Assembly: GCA_965655095.1 (NCBI GenBank)
Contig: OZ296654.1
Span: 40,982,001-41,046,000 of the forward strand
Length of the DNA: 64,000 nt
Reading direction: 5' to 3'
Origin: Haplodiscus bocki
Lineage: Eukaryota
Shown here: positions 12,802-26,000 of the stretch, one piece after another
Layout: the number at the start of each line of letters is the position of its first letter
Numbering within the stretch: position 1 is the first letter of the stretch
The notes under the pieces: model-generated
The model's input: only the letters and a program-made list of their open reading frames with translations
Databases searched by the model: none
What the model was told of the DNA's origin: nothing
Translations under genes and position numbers: made by a program

Positions 12802-13116
12802 TCAATTTAAACAAGGATTGTGTTTCTTGCAACCATGAATATTTTTGCCACTAGTTTTATGATCAACACTAGCATCACCTTCTACTCGGCCGCCTCTGAG
12901 AGCTAAAACTAAATGTAGCACAGATCCGCCCACAATTTTGTAATATTCCGCAGTTTTGTCATCGTTCATTTGTTTGCCTGCAAAAATGAGTCTTTGTTGA
13001 GGGGGCGGAATTCCTTCCTTCTCTTCCACTCGCTCCTTGATTCTCTCCACTTTGTCATTCGGCTCAATGTCTATCTCGATTTCCTTGCCAGTCAAAGTTT
13101 TCACTTTTATCAACAT
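12802..13116 (-). CDS. NEDD8: NEDD8 (Rub1) ubiquitin-like protein precursor, 104 aa
   Basis: [19 protein letters not shown]...[14 protein letters not shown] with the diagnostic Ala72 and the G75-G76 end. 68 of 76 residues are identical to human NEDD8 as I recall it. A 28-aa extension follows. Candidate AATAAA signals lie on the minus strand at 12419-12414 and 12404-12399. Confidence 0.97.
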   Translation of the reverse strand: MLIKVKTLTGKEIEIDIEPNDKVERIKERVEEKEGIPPPQQRLIFAGKQMNDDKTAEYYKIVGGSVLHLVLALRGGRVEGDASVDHKTSGKNIHGCKKHNPCLN

Positions 13117-16100
13117 TTCTTAATTTTCAAATTGATTTGCACTTCATCTGAAAGGGGAATAAACTTCACAACTCATGAAAAATAAAGCACCAAGTGTCTA
13201 CGCAGTGACCACCAATAGATTAGCGGTCAAAAAAGTAGGAAGCAAGAGGAACGTTTACAGAAAAGACTGACGATTTTCAAATTTATAGAAGACAAAAATA
13301 CAAGAATAAATTTGACAAAATTTCGGCCAAAATTTGAATCACCTAGCAACGACACCCGAGAGATCGGCAGCAAGAACAAACCAAAAACAAATTCTCGAGA
13401 GGTGTAGAGAAAGTAAACAACGAGATTCCCTTGTTATATAATAGCCAATAAGAAAAAATTTCCATTCGTGAGGTCCTAAGTTCGGTCCAAAAAAGTATCT
13501 TTTAGAATTATTACCCTTTTGAACGCATTCTACAACAAATTTGCTACATCGAAATTCAAAAATTTTCGTAAAAGAAAAAAATTTTGGAGAAAAGGCGTTT
13601 TGAAGAAATATTACTATTTTTACTATTTTACGCGCTATCTAGAGCACATCTGCCGTAACTACGTGCAAAAAAAAACAAAATTTGAACTAGGGCAGTTTGA
13701 GAAACGCAAATTGCTCAAAAATACTTTGAAGAAAGGCTTAATTGGTCAGCTAACTTTAACCAAAAGTGTGAAAAATAGGTCTGACGAGAAGTCAAATATT
13801 TCTAAATTAGCCAGATTAAGAATTCGCATGTCATCGATGGACGAGATTTAAAAACCTTGTTTTTTGAAAGAAAGGCTAATTACTTGAGTATCAAACTCAT
13901 ACCATAAATGGAATCTTCACAACCAAAGGTTCGCTACGAACAGTTATTTTCCCGATTAATCCCACACATTCGGTTTGTTTTTCAATGTACTTAGGACTCT
14001 CCAGTTCTTTAGGGCAGAGACCCAACAAGCTAACAAGCTCATTCGCTGTCCTAACTGAGTGATCGACAAATAATTTTAGTTTTGTTTTGACAAAGTTGTA
14101 TTTTCACATCATTCAGTTGAGTTAAACTTTACCAGAATCGTGCAAATAGCAAGTAAACGTAAAACTACTCACTCAGCCAGAGAAAGATTTCCCTCAAAAT
14201 ATTTTAGGCGGAAATGAAACAAAAACTGCATGACTAGCTATTGCAAAAGCACTGGTTAGAAAATCCATTGGGGTCTCCAAAACCATCGGGGTTTCAGCAA
14301 TTTAGTCCTAGTTCTTCGCAACAATGAATTACAGAACTTTGTTCCATTAAATCGATTCAAAACAAAAACATTGGCATTAATTAACATTGACCCTTGGCGC
14401 TAAGAATTTAGAATAGTAAAAATGGAATAGAGTGAATTTCACGAAAATTGAACGATAATTATGAAAAGACAAAAAGATGCGAATTGATTAGAAAAAATTT
14501 GATACAATTACTACATGCATTTGAAATCGAAAAGCAAATTACGTTCGCTATGGCTGTGGGAATCGCAAAAGTAATTATCGATGAATTAAGGTAAATAAAT
14601 CAGATAAGTTCAATCGCTTTACTATTGCTTAGCAGCGATTCACGAAAATATCTGCTAAAAGGCCCGAAGATGCCAAGAGCAAAAAGAAGAGAGTAAAAAC
14701 AATAGTCCGTCACCCAAATTTATTCCATAAATTGGCAATCGATTTCTGAAAATTACTTTGAGCATGTAAAGTTCTGCGACAGATTGGTGCAAGTATGTTT
14801 AGTCTTGTGGCAAAACTAATCTAAGACCAGGAAAACTTGTGCGTTCAACAGAGAAGCGCAGCTGTGCATCGCATACATTTCCAACAAAGATTAGGAACAC
14901 CACCCACTAATTGGCCATTTGATTCTTGTAAAGTTTCCGTTAAAGCAAACTGTACAAAATGTTTCAAATACAATCGAGATGCAAAAGAGAGCTGTTCACC
15001 AGCCATCACAGTCATTAGCAATCAAAGTAAGCAGTGGACGCTCGGAAGGCACCAACGAACTTTCCAGACAACTCTCGTGCCAACGGAATACTAGTGAACA
15101 AATTAAACAAGTGTAACTGATTTTGTAAAGAGCCACCGTACTGCAGAAGCTACTGATTAAAAAATTGAAGAAAAAAATAACTCAGTTAAACATATATAAA
15201 AGTTTAAAAAGTAAACAGCGAGAGCAATTAAATCACATTAATTGAAACAAACGTGCAGGCTGGAAGCTAGACAAATAATTGCAAGGCAGCAAAAGCTCAT
15301 GAAAAAATCTAGGCAATATTAGAATGGAGGCACAAATGCATGTTGTGAACGGATCGGGAAAAAGACGTCTGTGATATAACAATTGCTTGCACAAGTGTAA
15401 AATTTGATTTCAATCTAAATTGTCCTTTTTTTTTACAAAAAGACAAGATAAAACGTCTCAGATCTCCCAATGCCAGTTCTTATTAACCAAAAAAGTTTGC
15501 AATCAACTACTTCTGCTATTTCGTCGATCTCCAAGGCAAGGAGAAATTAAATAAGCACTGGATGGACGGAAACCAAACACAAGTCATCAAGAAAAAAATC
15601 GAACTTCCAACCCAAAAGAAAACAAAACATCTTGGAATTTGTAGATAGAAATAATCAATTTTCGTAGCTGAAACAAAAATAGTTCCCTGGCGGAGCTCGA
15701 ATACTGAAGCACAAGAATTACAAGCCGCATTTTGAGGCTGCCAAATGAAGAACATGTCACTCTAGGGCGCGATAAGGCTCCCTTTTGCTTCAAACAAGTA
15801 GATCCCACAGACTGAAGTTTGGAAGAATTGTTCAAGATGGGATTTCTAACAGTAGCAAGTGCGTTTGTCCTAGTTGATGCATTCGTAGTTTAAAAACTGT
15901 TTTCAAAAAAAAATGGCGAAATTAGTCACTTCCGCTTCTCCAAAGCGATTTTTCCCAAAATTTGTGGAGAATCGAGAAAATTGGCCAAAATATACAGTTG
16001 TATCACCAATTGAAGTTGTAGCGGAGCACTGATTTGGAAAGCGAAATAAAAATTTCTGAAAAAACCAATATCAACCACTGAGGGAAACAAATATTATCTG

Positions 16101-19100
16101 TTTGTCAAAGCACCGTAGAGCAGCGGCGGCACAGGTAGCAACAAATCAATTTAAACATTGTGGCAGTAAGCGACAGTGACATCATGTTGAAAAACGGTCA
16201 GGTAGGATGTGTGTCAGAAGTGTCCGGAATATAGCTTGCACGTCAGACAAGCCTCCGGCGGGGCTCGAATATCGAAGCAGACCAAACGGACGCCATTTTT
16301 TGAAACTAGATAGATGTAAAAAACGTAAGGATACTATCTGAAGTTCACTTTGAGCTATTTTCTAGAGAAACGAAGAAAACCCCATCTTCTCTTCGGACAA
16401 ATTTTCTTAAAAACAGAACAGAGCTTTCAGTGAAGGACTCGATAAAACGAATCAAAACGATAGTTGCTAGAGAACATCTCCCAAAAAGCGCTTTTCAAAT
16501 TAGAAAATTCCTTCCGCAGCTGAAAATGGAACACCAACTTTCGCGCCAGTAAGTTGTTTCCTAAACAACTTACCTGTATGTTAAGAGCTTGATGAACAAC
16601 ACATATCGGTAATTGAAGGCCGTTTTCGACCGTCTCAAGTTCTGCTTTCCGGCCTTTTCATTTTTTTGTTAATTTTCTATCAGTCTTCAGAGCTAACGAT
16701 GACCAAGGAAAACTGCCCGAATATAATTTCGAGCAAAACGGTTACCTTCAATTGAGCACTGGCTCATCAAAATCGAAACACGAATTTTCATGGGAAATAT
16801 TTTCAAAGGTGACAAAACCACCAGTTGAGACGATCTATAGAAAAGAGAAACTATTCTTGGAACTCGAAAAGCATTTTACGACACATCCCTGAATATACGG
16901 TTCAGTCCCAGAGCAGTCGCAAAACTTATATTCGAAAAATTAAGGTTTCTTTCAAAAATTTTTCAGCGATTACAAAAATATTCAAACATTATAACTTCGC
17001 TTTCTTTTCAAAAATTTGAGAAATTTGCCGGAAGAATCAACAAACGAGCGGCAACAGTGACAAAAACTCAAACTCCTGAAAGATAACACAATATTTCATC
17101 AAAAAAGCATTCAAGCTGCTTTGAGATAGATGCATACAGTACTTGGAACTCAGCTCACTGTATGTGAAACCCAACTTTGTATATAAATCGCTTTTTAGTT
17201 GTAGCCTCGGTTCAAGGATTTGATAAAACCGTAAGGAATTAGATTTGAAAGTTTTCAAAATCGATCTATTTTTTTTGCAAAGCCTTATTCAAAATTTTTC
17301 AGAAATCAACCAAAGTGTAGTATGTATTCAAATGGAGTCCTATTTTTTCCTCTGCTGCAAATGGTTAATTTCGAAGGCAGCTTCTCGGATAAGGGACTAA
17401 ATTTTGATTGAAATGGCCAAACCAGACAATTTTCGCCCACAACCCGATCGAAAAAGGTCTGACCGCAACGAAAACATCTTATGTAAAAATTTTGGGTCCC
17501 CTTCGTGAACCAATGCCAAATCGGGATTTTTTCGACACAGCTTCGAAAATATAAACGAAAGTGTTTAACCTAGTCAAAAAGGCTCGCTCGATTTGCATGT
17601 TAACCTTTCAAAAAAATCTCCTGACTGCAACAAAACATTTTACGTAAAGAAAAAAAGTCTGTTTGTTAAGCTAATGCCAAATTTTCAAATGATGGCACCA
17701 GTGGATAGGATTAAAAAACGAGCGAAAAAAATCAAGCCAAATAAAGCTCGAGATTATTCAGCAGAAAAACAGGGTATATTTGAAAACGTCAGCATAGCAT
17801 TCAGTTGACCTCACTTCTGCTCTAAATTATTGACGAATAAGTTTTGATCTCATATGGGGTTTATATTGCTCTATGCTGCTTTTTTATGGCACCTCACAAG
17901 AAAATAATGGGAAATGCCAACTTCTCTTCAGGTACATGTTAATTTGTCAGTACTTACGGAACACAATTTATGTCAACTCCATCCTCAACGAGTTCATTTG
18001 GCATCTGAGGGAACGCACACACGCAATTGAATGCTTTGTGAGGTATCAAAGAATATCCAGGAAGTTTTCTAACTTAATCGCTCCCAAGAACATGAAAATT
18101 TACGGATCCTAGCAACAATTCTTATAGTCAGTGGATCATTCTCTGGCACTTGAGCCTTTAATTAACTAATTTATCTTGAACGTTTTAAAAAGAGCAATTT
18201 TGGTTTGTCATTGAGTTTCTGTGGCGTGATATATCCGAGTACACCGTGATGAAGTTTTCTCAATTTCAGAAACTATTTAATTTTTGACATTTTGGGCAGA
18301 GGTTCCCGTAAAATGACTCATTGTCACTTCGCCTTTTTGTTCAACCTCAGAGCGCGATAGAGTTACATTCAATTCTGTTTAAAGAATTCGAATCTGAATG
18401 CCGAGTTGCTTACTTTTGTAAAGTGAAAATAAGAGAAGCCAAGCCCGAAACGCTAAAGTCGACGCTTACCCCTCAAACTACACGAGGGGCTATGACTGAT
18501 ATTGTGGGAACGCTTTCCCAATAGAAATTGAGTTGGTTTGGAAAAAAAGTTATCGCTAAAATTTCAAGGTAGTCGCAAATTTTTCATGTTCTTTTGCGTC
18601 GTAATTTCAATTCTTTCTATGAAGGTAGAAGGCAAATGAATGCTATACCGGTCTGTAAGTATATAAACCGGACCTCTTAAAAACTGATGAATAGTAACTT
18701 TTTCTAGCACTGTTTAGTGCATTGAGATCACTGATCAATTTTTTTATCTGTCCCTATCAAAGACTCGTGGATTACCAAGTCATATTCTATTCTGTCCTTT
18801 TGTTATGGAAAACGTGGATTTTATTCAAAAAGAACATCCAATATTCCCCACACCGTAGATTGCTCATCAATTATACTCGTGAGAAAAAAAAGAAGTCGAT
18901 TTATTGACTAAAATTGATCAATCGAGAAAGTATATTGCAATGGTTTCTTTCATCGATTGGCAAAATACAACAATATCTTTTTGACTCCGATATTATAATT
19001 TTTCTTGTGTACCTGCATTACAGAACCTGGATTTTTGTGGATATATCATGGATCATTCACGGATGAAGAGCGATTACATTTTAAAGATTGTTTTTCAAAT

Positions 19101-19549
19101 CTATATAATTTTTTGACTTAGGCCATGGTTTCATATTCATGATTAATCGATGCTATCATGCATAATTATCGATAATTAAGTTGGAATCTATGTTTGAGCA
19201 CATGTAGCCATGAAAAAGGCATGATCGTACATGACTTCTCACGATATGCTATGAGTGATGAACCTGGAAATTATCTCCACAAACCACATTATTCCTTGAC
19301 TTCTGAAATTACTAGAACTTTCCAGAAAATCGCCGCCGTTGCGCTTCTTGAGCAAAGCAGATCTTTTAAACATGCAGCTACTCTAAAAGAAGCTCGCCTT
19401 TACCTCATCAGTACTTAAATGAAACATATCTGAAAAGCCGTATTATGATAGAGTCTAAACGAAGCCGCTTCTCACAGAAAGAGCAGTGTTACTTATGTAT
19501 GTAAACTGTTATTAATAACAAGAGGCACATTCGCACTGCAATATTTTCC

Positions 19550-22500
19550 ATCAAAGGCGTGTAGAAAAGAATGATTGGCCATATAACAAGTGGTTTTCGA
19601 TGGAGACTTTGTCGGAAGAACTCAAGCTTCTATTTTTTGTTTGAATTTTCAGTTTGTAACTTTCCATTACAAGTAGCATTTTGATAAAATTGTATCACAA
19701 TAGCGTAGGCAGTTTTACATCGCACAGGAGCACTAGAAGAAAATGGAGTTCGAATATCGACAAAACAACAATACCAGTTCAACTGTTCGGTACTTTCGGC
19801 TAATCGTGATAATTCAGTTGATTGTGCAAAGTTCAGAGAATTTCAATTGGAAGACTTTCTACAGATTAAAAAATCTATCAAACTATGCCTTGGTGGAAGA
19901 AGTGAAGCCAGTGGTCGTAGAGAAAAGAGCATTTGAATAAAAATGTCTCTAAAATTTAATATCATTTATTGGCATTTCTGGACCATCGGGATTCCGATGC
20001 AAAGATCCTAGTCAATCATTTTTCTATTGAGTACTCCTTTTCAAGTAGAAAGATTTTACTTGAGCAATTAATGGAAGGGTTCGAGCTCGTTGTTATGGAC
20101 AAATATCAAGCCGAAAACTGACATGTTTATTTTGAAAACGTTTTCCGAATTTTTAACCGGTCACGATTCGGAAGCACTGAAAAAAAACCGACACCTCAAG
20201 GGCTGAGTGCTATGGTTCAGGTTGGATATTCTCAGAAAAAAAGTGTGCCTTCATTTTTTAAATTTAACCTCGATTCTTCAAAGTTTGAGGTTAACCGATT
20301 TTTTGAAAAGTATTCATAAGGTGTCGGTATTCGTATTTCTCCGAATAGACCTATCAAAAGTCCTATTTGCAGATGAAAAGCGTGGTGGTAAAACCCTGGA
20401 ATGTCCAAAGAGTTCAGGCAATTAATTTTTTGTTTGAATCACTCTTTTTTTCTAAATTTAGATTTCTGATAAAAACGTACTACACTTGCTCGAGCAGAGT
20501 TATACAGCAGAAGTGCTCTAGAAAAAAATTGATTTTGACTATCGAAAACGTCAAAATAACGGTTGAATTTTTCGACGTTTTCAGTTAATCATGATAATTC
20601 TGTTGATTGTTCAAAAATCTAAATTTTTCAATTTCAAGACCATTTTATAGATAAAAACTATCAAATATTGTCTTCATGGGAGAAGTGAAACCAAAAGTTA
20701 TTGCGGATTGAAAATTTCAAAAAACGTATCAATCAAAACTGTCACTATTGTCATTTTCTGGTAATCCTCGATTTTCAGGAAACCGACCTCAACATCAGGT
20801 TCATCATTTTTCTGACGAATAGTCCTGTTCAAATAAAGATTTTTTACTTGAGCCCTTGATGGAAGGATTGAAGCTTGTAAACAATCGACAATTATCATTT
20901 CGAAAAACAGGTTGTAGTTATTGATAACATTTTGGCATTTTCTACCGGTCACGAATCGCAGGCAAGGAAGAAGCATACACACCAAATGCTCATTGGTTTG
21001 CTCGCGTTCGGAACTCCTCAGGAAACAAAAAAGTCTGCCTACATTGATTAAATGGAAATTTGAGGGTTCACAGTTCCACATACACCTCATATTTATATCA
21101 CATCGATATTCATCTTCCACCGACTGAACCTATCGCAAAATTTGTTGGCAAATAAAACATGGTGCGTAATACACTGAAGTGTCCAAAAAGTTCAAGCCTC
21201 TATTTTCTTGTTTGGTTCACTTCTTTGTAATTTTCTAATGTTTGTTTATTGATTTAAAAAGTAGTTTAGTTGCGGAAGCGGATTCATATCGCAGGCAAGT
21301 TTGAGGAAAAACGAGTTTCACAAGCAACAAAAAAGCCATCACAGTTTAACTTTTCGTCATTTTTGGCTAATCATATTTTCGGTTAATTGTGCAAAAATTT
21401 AGTGAATTGCAGTCAGAACACCCTTCAACAGATAAGACAAAACTATAGAATTTTGCCTTGATGGAGGAACTGCAGCCAATAGTTTTAGACAAATGAGAAT
21501 TTGAAACTAGGTATATTATAGGACTAATATAATTTCTGCACTATTCTGGACTCTAGGATTGTCGTGCAAAGATCAAAGTCCATAAATTTTCTGTTGAGTA
21601 GTCTTCTTCAGGCAAGAAGGTTTCATTTGAGCTCTCGATGGAAGGAATCAAATTCATCGTTATGGACATTTTTCATAGCGGATACCTACTTTAACTTTTC
21701 GATGTCAGATTTGGCAATTTTAAGTGGTCACGAAGCGAAAGCAAAGAAAAAAGTTCACACCGAAGACTCAGTGCTATGCTTAAATTAGAAAATTTCTGGA
21801 AAAAAAAGATTATCGTGCCTTAATCCTTGGAATGGAATTTCCGGCCCCTTTCCGTTTGATATAAATCTACGCTTTTGAAAATTCTTCAGCATAAATCAAT
21901 TCAATTAATTTTCTTCATAAAGGTGCGAGTCTATCAAAAAAAACTTTCAGAAAAGCCTAATGTGGGAAACACTAGTGTGTCAAAAGCGGTCAAGCTTTTA
22001 TTTCACTTGTCTATTTCTTATTTTGTTATTTTCTAGTACATATAGTATTTTGAAAAAAGTTATTACAGTTGTGCGAGCAGATTTATATCGCAGAAGAACT
22101 TTGGAAACATTTGAGTTTGACTGGTGACAAAATTACAATTATCGTTCAACTTTTCGACAATTTCGGTTAATTACGACAACTCAGTTGATTGATCAAAAAT
22201 CAAGGAATTTCAAATGGAAGACCATGTACATGTGAAAAGCTGCCAGTTACTGCCTTGATGGAAGAAGAGAAGCCAATAGGTATAGAGCAAAGACATTTTA
22301 AAAAAAGTTTTTTCAATTCAACCCTAAAATCAGTTTTTGGTTTTTCTGGACTATCAAGGTTCCAACGCAAAACCTGAAGTCCATATTTTTTTCAAAGTCT
22401 TTCTCAATTAGAGAGCTCTTACGCTTCGTTGTCAAACGGGATCAGTATCATTTTGAGAAACAATATGTAAATTTCTATAACATGTTTGGATTTTTCGATG

Positions 22501-22723
22501 TGTCACAAAATGGAAGCAGAGAAAAACCTACAGTCAGTTTTACGCTCGAGGTAGGAAATTCTCTGAATCAAAAAACCATGCGTTTTTCGGTTGAGCGAAA
22601 CCTCGGCGCCTCAAGGTTTGACAAAATGCTACACCTTTGAAAAGTATTCAAAAGAGATCAAAATTCAAATCTTGTGAAAAAATTTTGTCCACGAAGTCTG
22701 TGTGCAAATAAAACATACGCTAT
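19550..22723. repeat. Ancient diverged tandem array, unit ~775-790 bp (about 4 units here; boundaries approximate)
   Basis: The anchor (g)gtcac recurs at 20159, 20947, 21726 and ~22501. Blocks such as gccttgatggaRgaa, tgtccaaaaagttcaag and cggttaat..gataattcagttgatt recur at the same spacing. Confidence 0.85.
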
Positions 22724-22998
22724 TGTAAAACATACACATTTAGAGGAGAAATACCTGAAATATCATTGGACAAAATGTAATTACGTTTATATTTTTTATC
22801 TATGATTTTTAATGAATTTTTATGATCTTGATAAAAATTTAGTGTTGAAGGATTACCCAAGTAGAGAATACTTGTTTTCTCAAGCGAAATATAGAGAAAT
22901 CTCAGAAATACCTGAGTACAAGAGTTAGATCAAGTCAATATTGTCCGTAGTTTTAACTTAGCCTACCAACCACTGAAACATCTGTAGAGGATAATAAA
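22724..22998 (+). mobile_element. 5' LTR (copy 1) of Ty3/Gypsy element
   Basis: Starts TGTAAAAC, 275 bp, roughly 75-80% identical by hand alignment to 41704-41972, and followed after 3 nt by a PBS. Confidence 0.85.
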
Positions 22999-23001
22999 AT
23001 T

Positions 23002-23013
23002 TGGTGCGATGAC
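23002..23013 (+). promoter_or_regulatory. Primer-binding site, degenerate tRNA-His type (second copy at 29540-29551)
   Basis: TGGTGCGATGAC matches TGGTGCCGTGAC (complement of the tRNA-His 3' end) at 10 of 12 positions, immediately after the LTR. Confidence 0.65.
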
Positions 23014-26000
23014 AGTGAACAATCATCCTCGTCAATCTTTCATACCTTCACTCTCATCAGGTTTTGCTATTCCTTCTTCAACAATTCCTTTCACGTGTTT
23101 TTCTTCGATTTTCAGACAACTTTTTCGAAAAAATCAAAACATCGAAAAAAATATTCTAGAATTTCGTTCAGTCATTACAACTTTAAACTTTGTCCTTTGG
23201 ACTCTAAACTTCGATAGTGGTATAGTGGTTTAAGTTTTAAAATTGATAGTCCTTTCGACTCTAAACTTCTAGTACTTTGGACTTTATTCTTCGAAGGTCT
23301 TTTCGACTAAAAACTTGGCCATATTTTTTACATTAATGTTCGCTGTCGGTCTTAGTAACTGAATCTCGCTTAGAACCTGACTCTACTCCATTCTAGTATT
23401 GCAAAACGGACCCTGAGGTTGGAACATTCTAGCGTTAGGGAAGCATTCATTTTTCTTCAATTCCGCTTTAATTCTACAATTTAGTATACCGTTTTTATAA
23501 AAAAAAAACGAGAACAAATTTTTTCGTATACTCTGCAGTTTTCACATTCCACCTCTGTAATACATTATTTCCTTCTTAAATTTCTATCACCACTCGCACT
23601 GAATCCTCTTTTACATTTCATACTATATTATCTGTATTCATAAAATATTTTCGTTGGCAAAATTCATTGCTAATTGCTGGTCAAATAATTTCATTTCTTA
23701 GAAAGTTCTCTTCAAACTCCTCTACTGTTGCCATGATTTCATCTATCATGCACCGCAAAATATTCATTTTAGATAGTTTTATAATTTGTAGTTCCCCATT
23801 TTTTTTTCCACCGCGTAAGATTTAAAGTCAAGTCAGGACATGAAATTTGCTTTGCATAGCGTCTTTGGACTTTTCTGTTGCTGACTACTAAGGTGACTTC
23901 CTTAAACTTAGTAAGGACTTAGTTTTCAACTACAAGAATTCTTAGATAGTACTGAACTCTGTTCTACCTATCGAAGTTCTCTTGACTTGTAAACGTAAAA
24001 ATAAAAATGGACAATCAGTTTCGATCACACATTGTGCGCCAACCTTGATTGATCAGAGCTTCGCAGTCTTCGTCTTAAAAGTATATCCCCTTGTCACTAT
24101 CCCCACTCTAAAAATAAAATCCCTCACACGCAAACCTACACTTGATTTTTGCTAGAAATCTTTTAGTTGAACGCAATTTTGAATGTTTTTCGTATCTTTG
24201 CCAAAAACCACTTGGCTGAAGGCAACATTTTAAATGATTAATGTTTTTATGCCGTCATCATAGTTTTTTATTTTTGTTTGCTCGAATTATATATACATAT
24301 ACATAATTCTGAAATTTTATTCAATTAATTTTTTGCGACGAATTGCTTTAGCAGTTCTTTTATTGTTTCGTAAAATCCTCTGGATTCAAATATTTCCAAT
24401 GCCTCTGGAGAAATTATGAAATCATGTCAAGTAAACGAATTGCTATTTCACACTTGGATACTCCATCTGAAAAGAAAATGATGATAATAACAAACACACT
24501 GGGAACAATACTGAAAGCCTTCAAGGTGAAACATCTGTAGAACCAAATACACCTCCAACTGATAATACACAACAACATAATCTGCAAATCGCAGAATATA
24601 CTTTTTCTGAGATATTGACTGGACAAATATCAATCCTATCTGTAGAATTGCAGCAATACTTCTCGAAAAATTTTTCATCAGAACAAACTCTAATTGAAAA
24701 TGAACGTTTACGATCATAATATCAACGAAGAATTCAAACTGCAAATCAATTATTACAAAAACAAGAACTGGAACGTAATAAATTGATACAACAATTGAAT
24801 CAACTTGATAATAAAATCAACATGACAAAATTCTATGGGAAAAAAATCAACTGAAACCTTCAACATCAAAAAAGATAATACCACCACTAGTTGCAAGATC
24901 TGAATTTTTCATTCCTTCACCAATCGTCTTGATTTCATTACACAAACACAAAAACGAGCACTTACGGATACTATTAATTTCACTAAGATTCTCATATATA
25001 ACTCAACAAACTCTCTGCCATTTGAATAACATGAATTTTCAATTTATACAATCCTTCTGATTAGAGAACACCATGACTCTTATATAAAATATAATCATCA
25101 TTACCCAGTTAAAAACAGTATTACTGAAATCCTTTTGAAGACAAAACACTCTAGAAAAATTTTTTCACCATTTCAAAAGGTATTCGTACATTTTCTGAAA
25201 AAACTGCAAGAAGCTAATGAACTTTTATAACAACCTATAGTTGTTTCTTCTGTAATTGATGAACTTCGTATTAAACAACAATTCTTCGAAACTTCTGAAT
25301 CGGAAAAAGGTAACGGACTAAGTAACCCACGCCACTGGTCTTTAGGAGAAACTCCTCAATTAACTGCTTTTCAATATACAATTTTCTTTCAAATAACTGT
25401 TCTAGACACTGTAACAATACCACAAAACAAACTTTAGTCTTCATTCTAGACTGAAACTGAAAAACCTCGAAAACGGTACCACCACAACAAGTTGCACGAT
25501 CTGAATTTTCAAATCCCATTCCATTCATTTTTCATGTTATAACAGAACGACAAAAAGGAGCGTAAAATGCTGATGATATCAGCTTCACTAATAATCTAAT
25601 TTTTTCTTCCAACAAATTCTCTGCCTTTTGAAAAACACTCTAGTAGAATTTTTCAATTTCTGTGATTAGATAACACCATGATTCTTTTTCATATTACAAT
25701 TATTAAAAAACTTGTGAATCAAGTTTTGCTGATGTACTTTTCACTGTATTTCTTAACCCAGTTGCGAATATTAACACTGGAATGTTTTCAAAGACAATGA
25801 AGCCAAGAGATATTGATCTACCAATTCAAGATGCATTCTTACATTTTGTGAATAAACTGCAAGAACCTATGGAAGTTTTAGAACAACGTATTGTTGTTTC
25901 TTCTGCAATTGATCAACTTCGTGAAAAACAACACCTTTTTGAAACTTTTGAATCGGATGTAGTCAAAAAACTTCAAAATCCACAACACTGGTTTTTGTAG

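Noticed and set aside
12802-12890. NEDD8 tail as a prenylation (MUB-like) signal or ribosomal-protein fusion
   Set aside because: The terminal residues PCLN put Cys at -3, not CaaX, and there is no similarity to eL40 or eS31.
14100-16800. Coding-like decayed stretch, with the 23-bp motif ggcggRgctcgaataYYgaagca at ~15689 and ~16256
   Set aside because: Probably old TE debris, but I could not recover any diagnostic domain or terminal structure.
20698-21120. 140-aa and 157-aa minus-strand ORFs (also 27182-27655) as genes
   Set aside because: Non-ATG start, located in the tandem array, not open in the other units, and duplicated only because of the segmental duplication.
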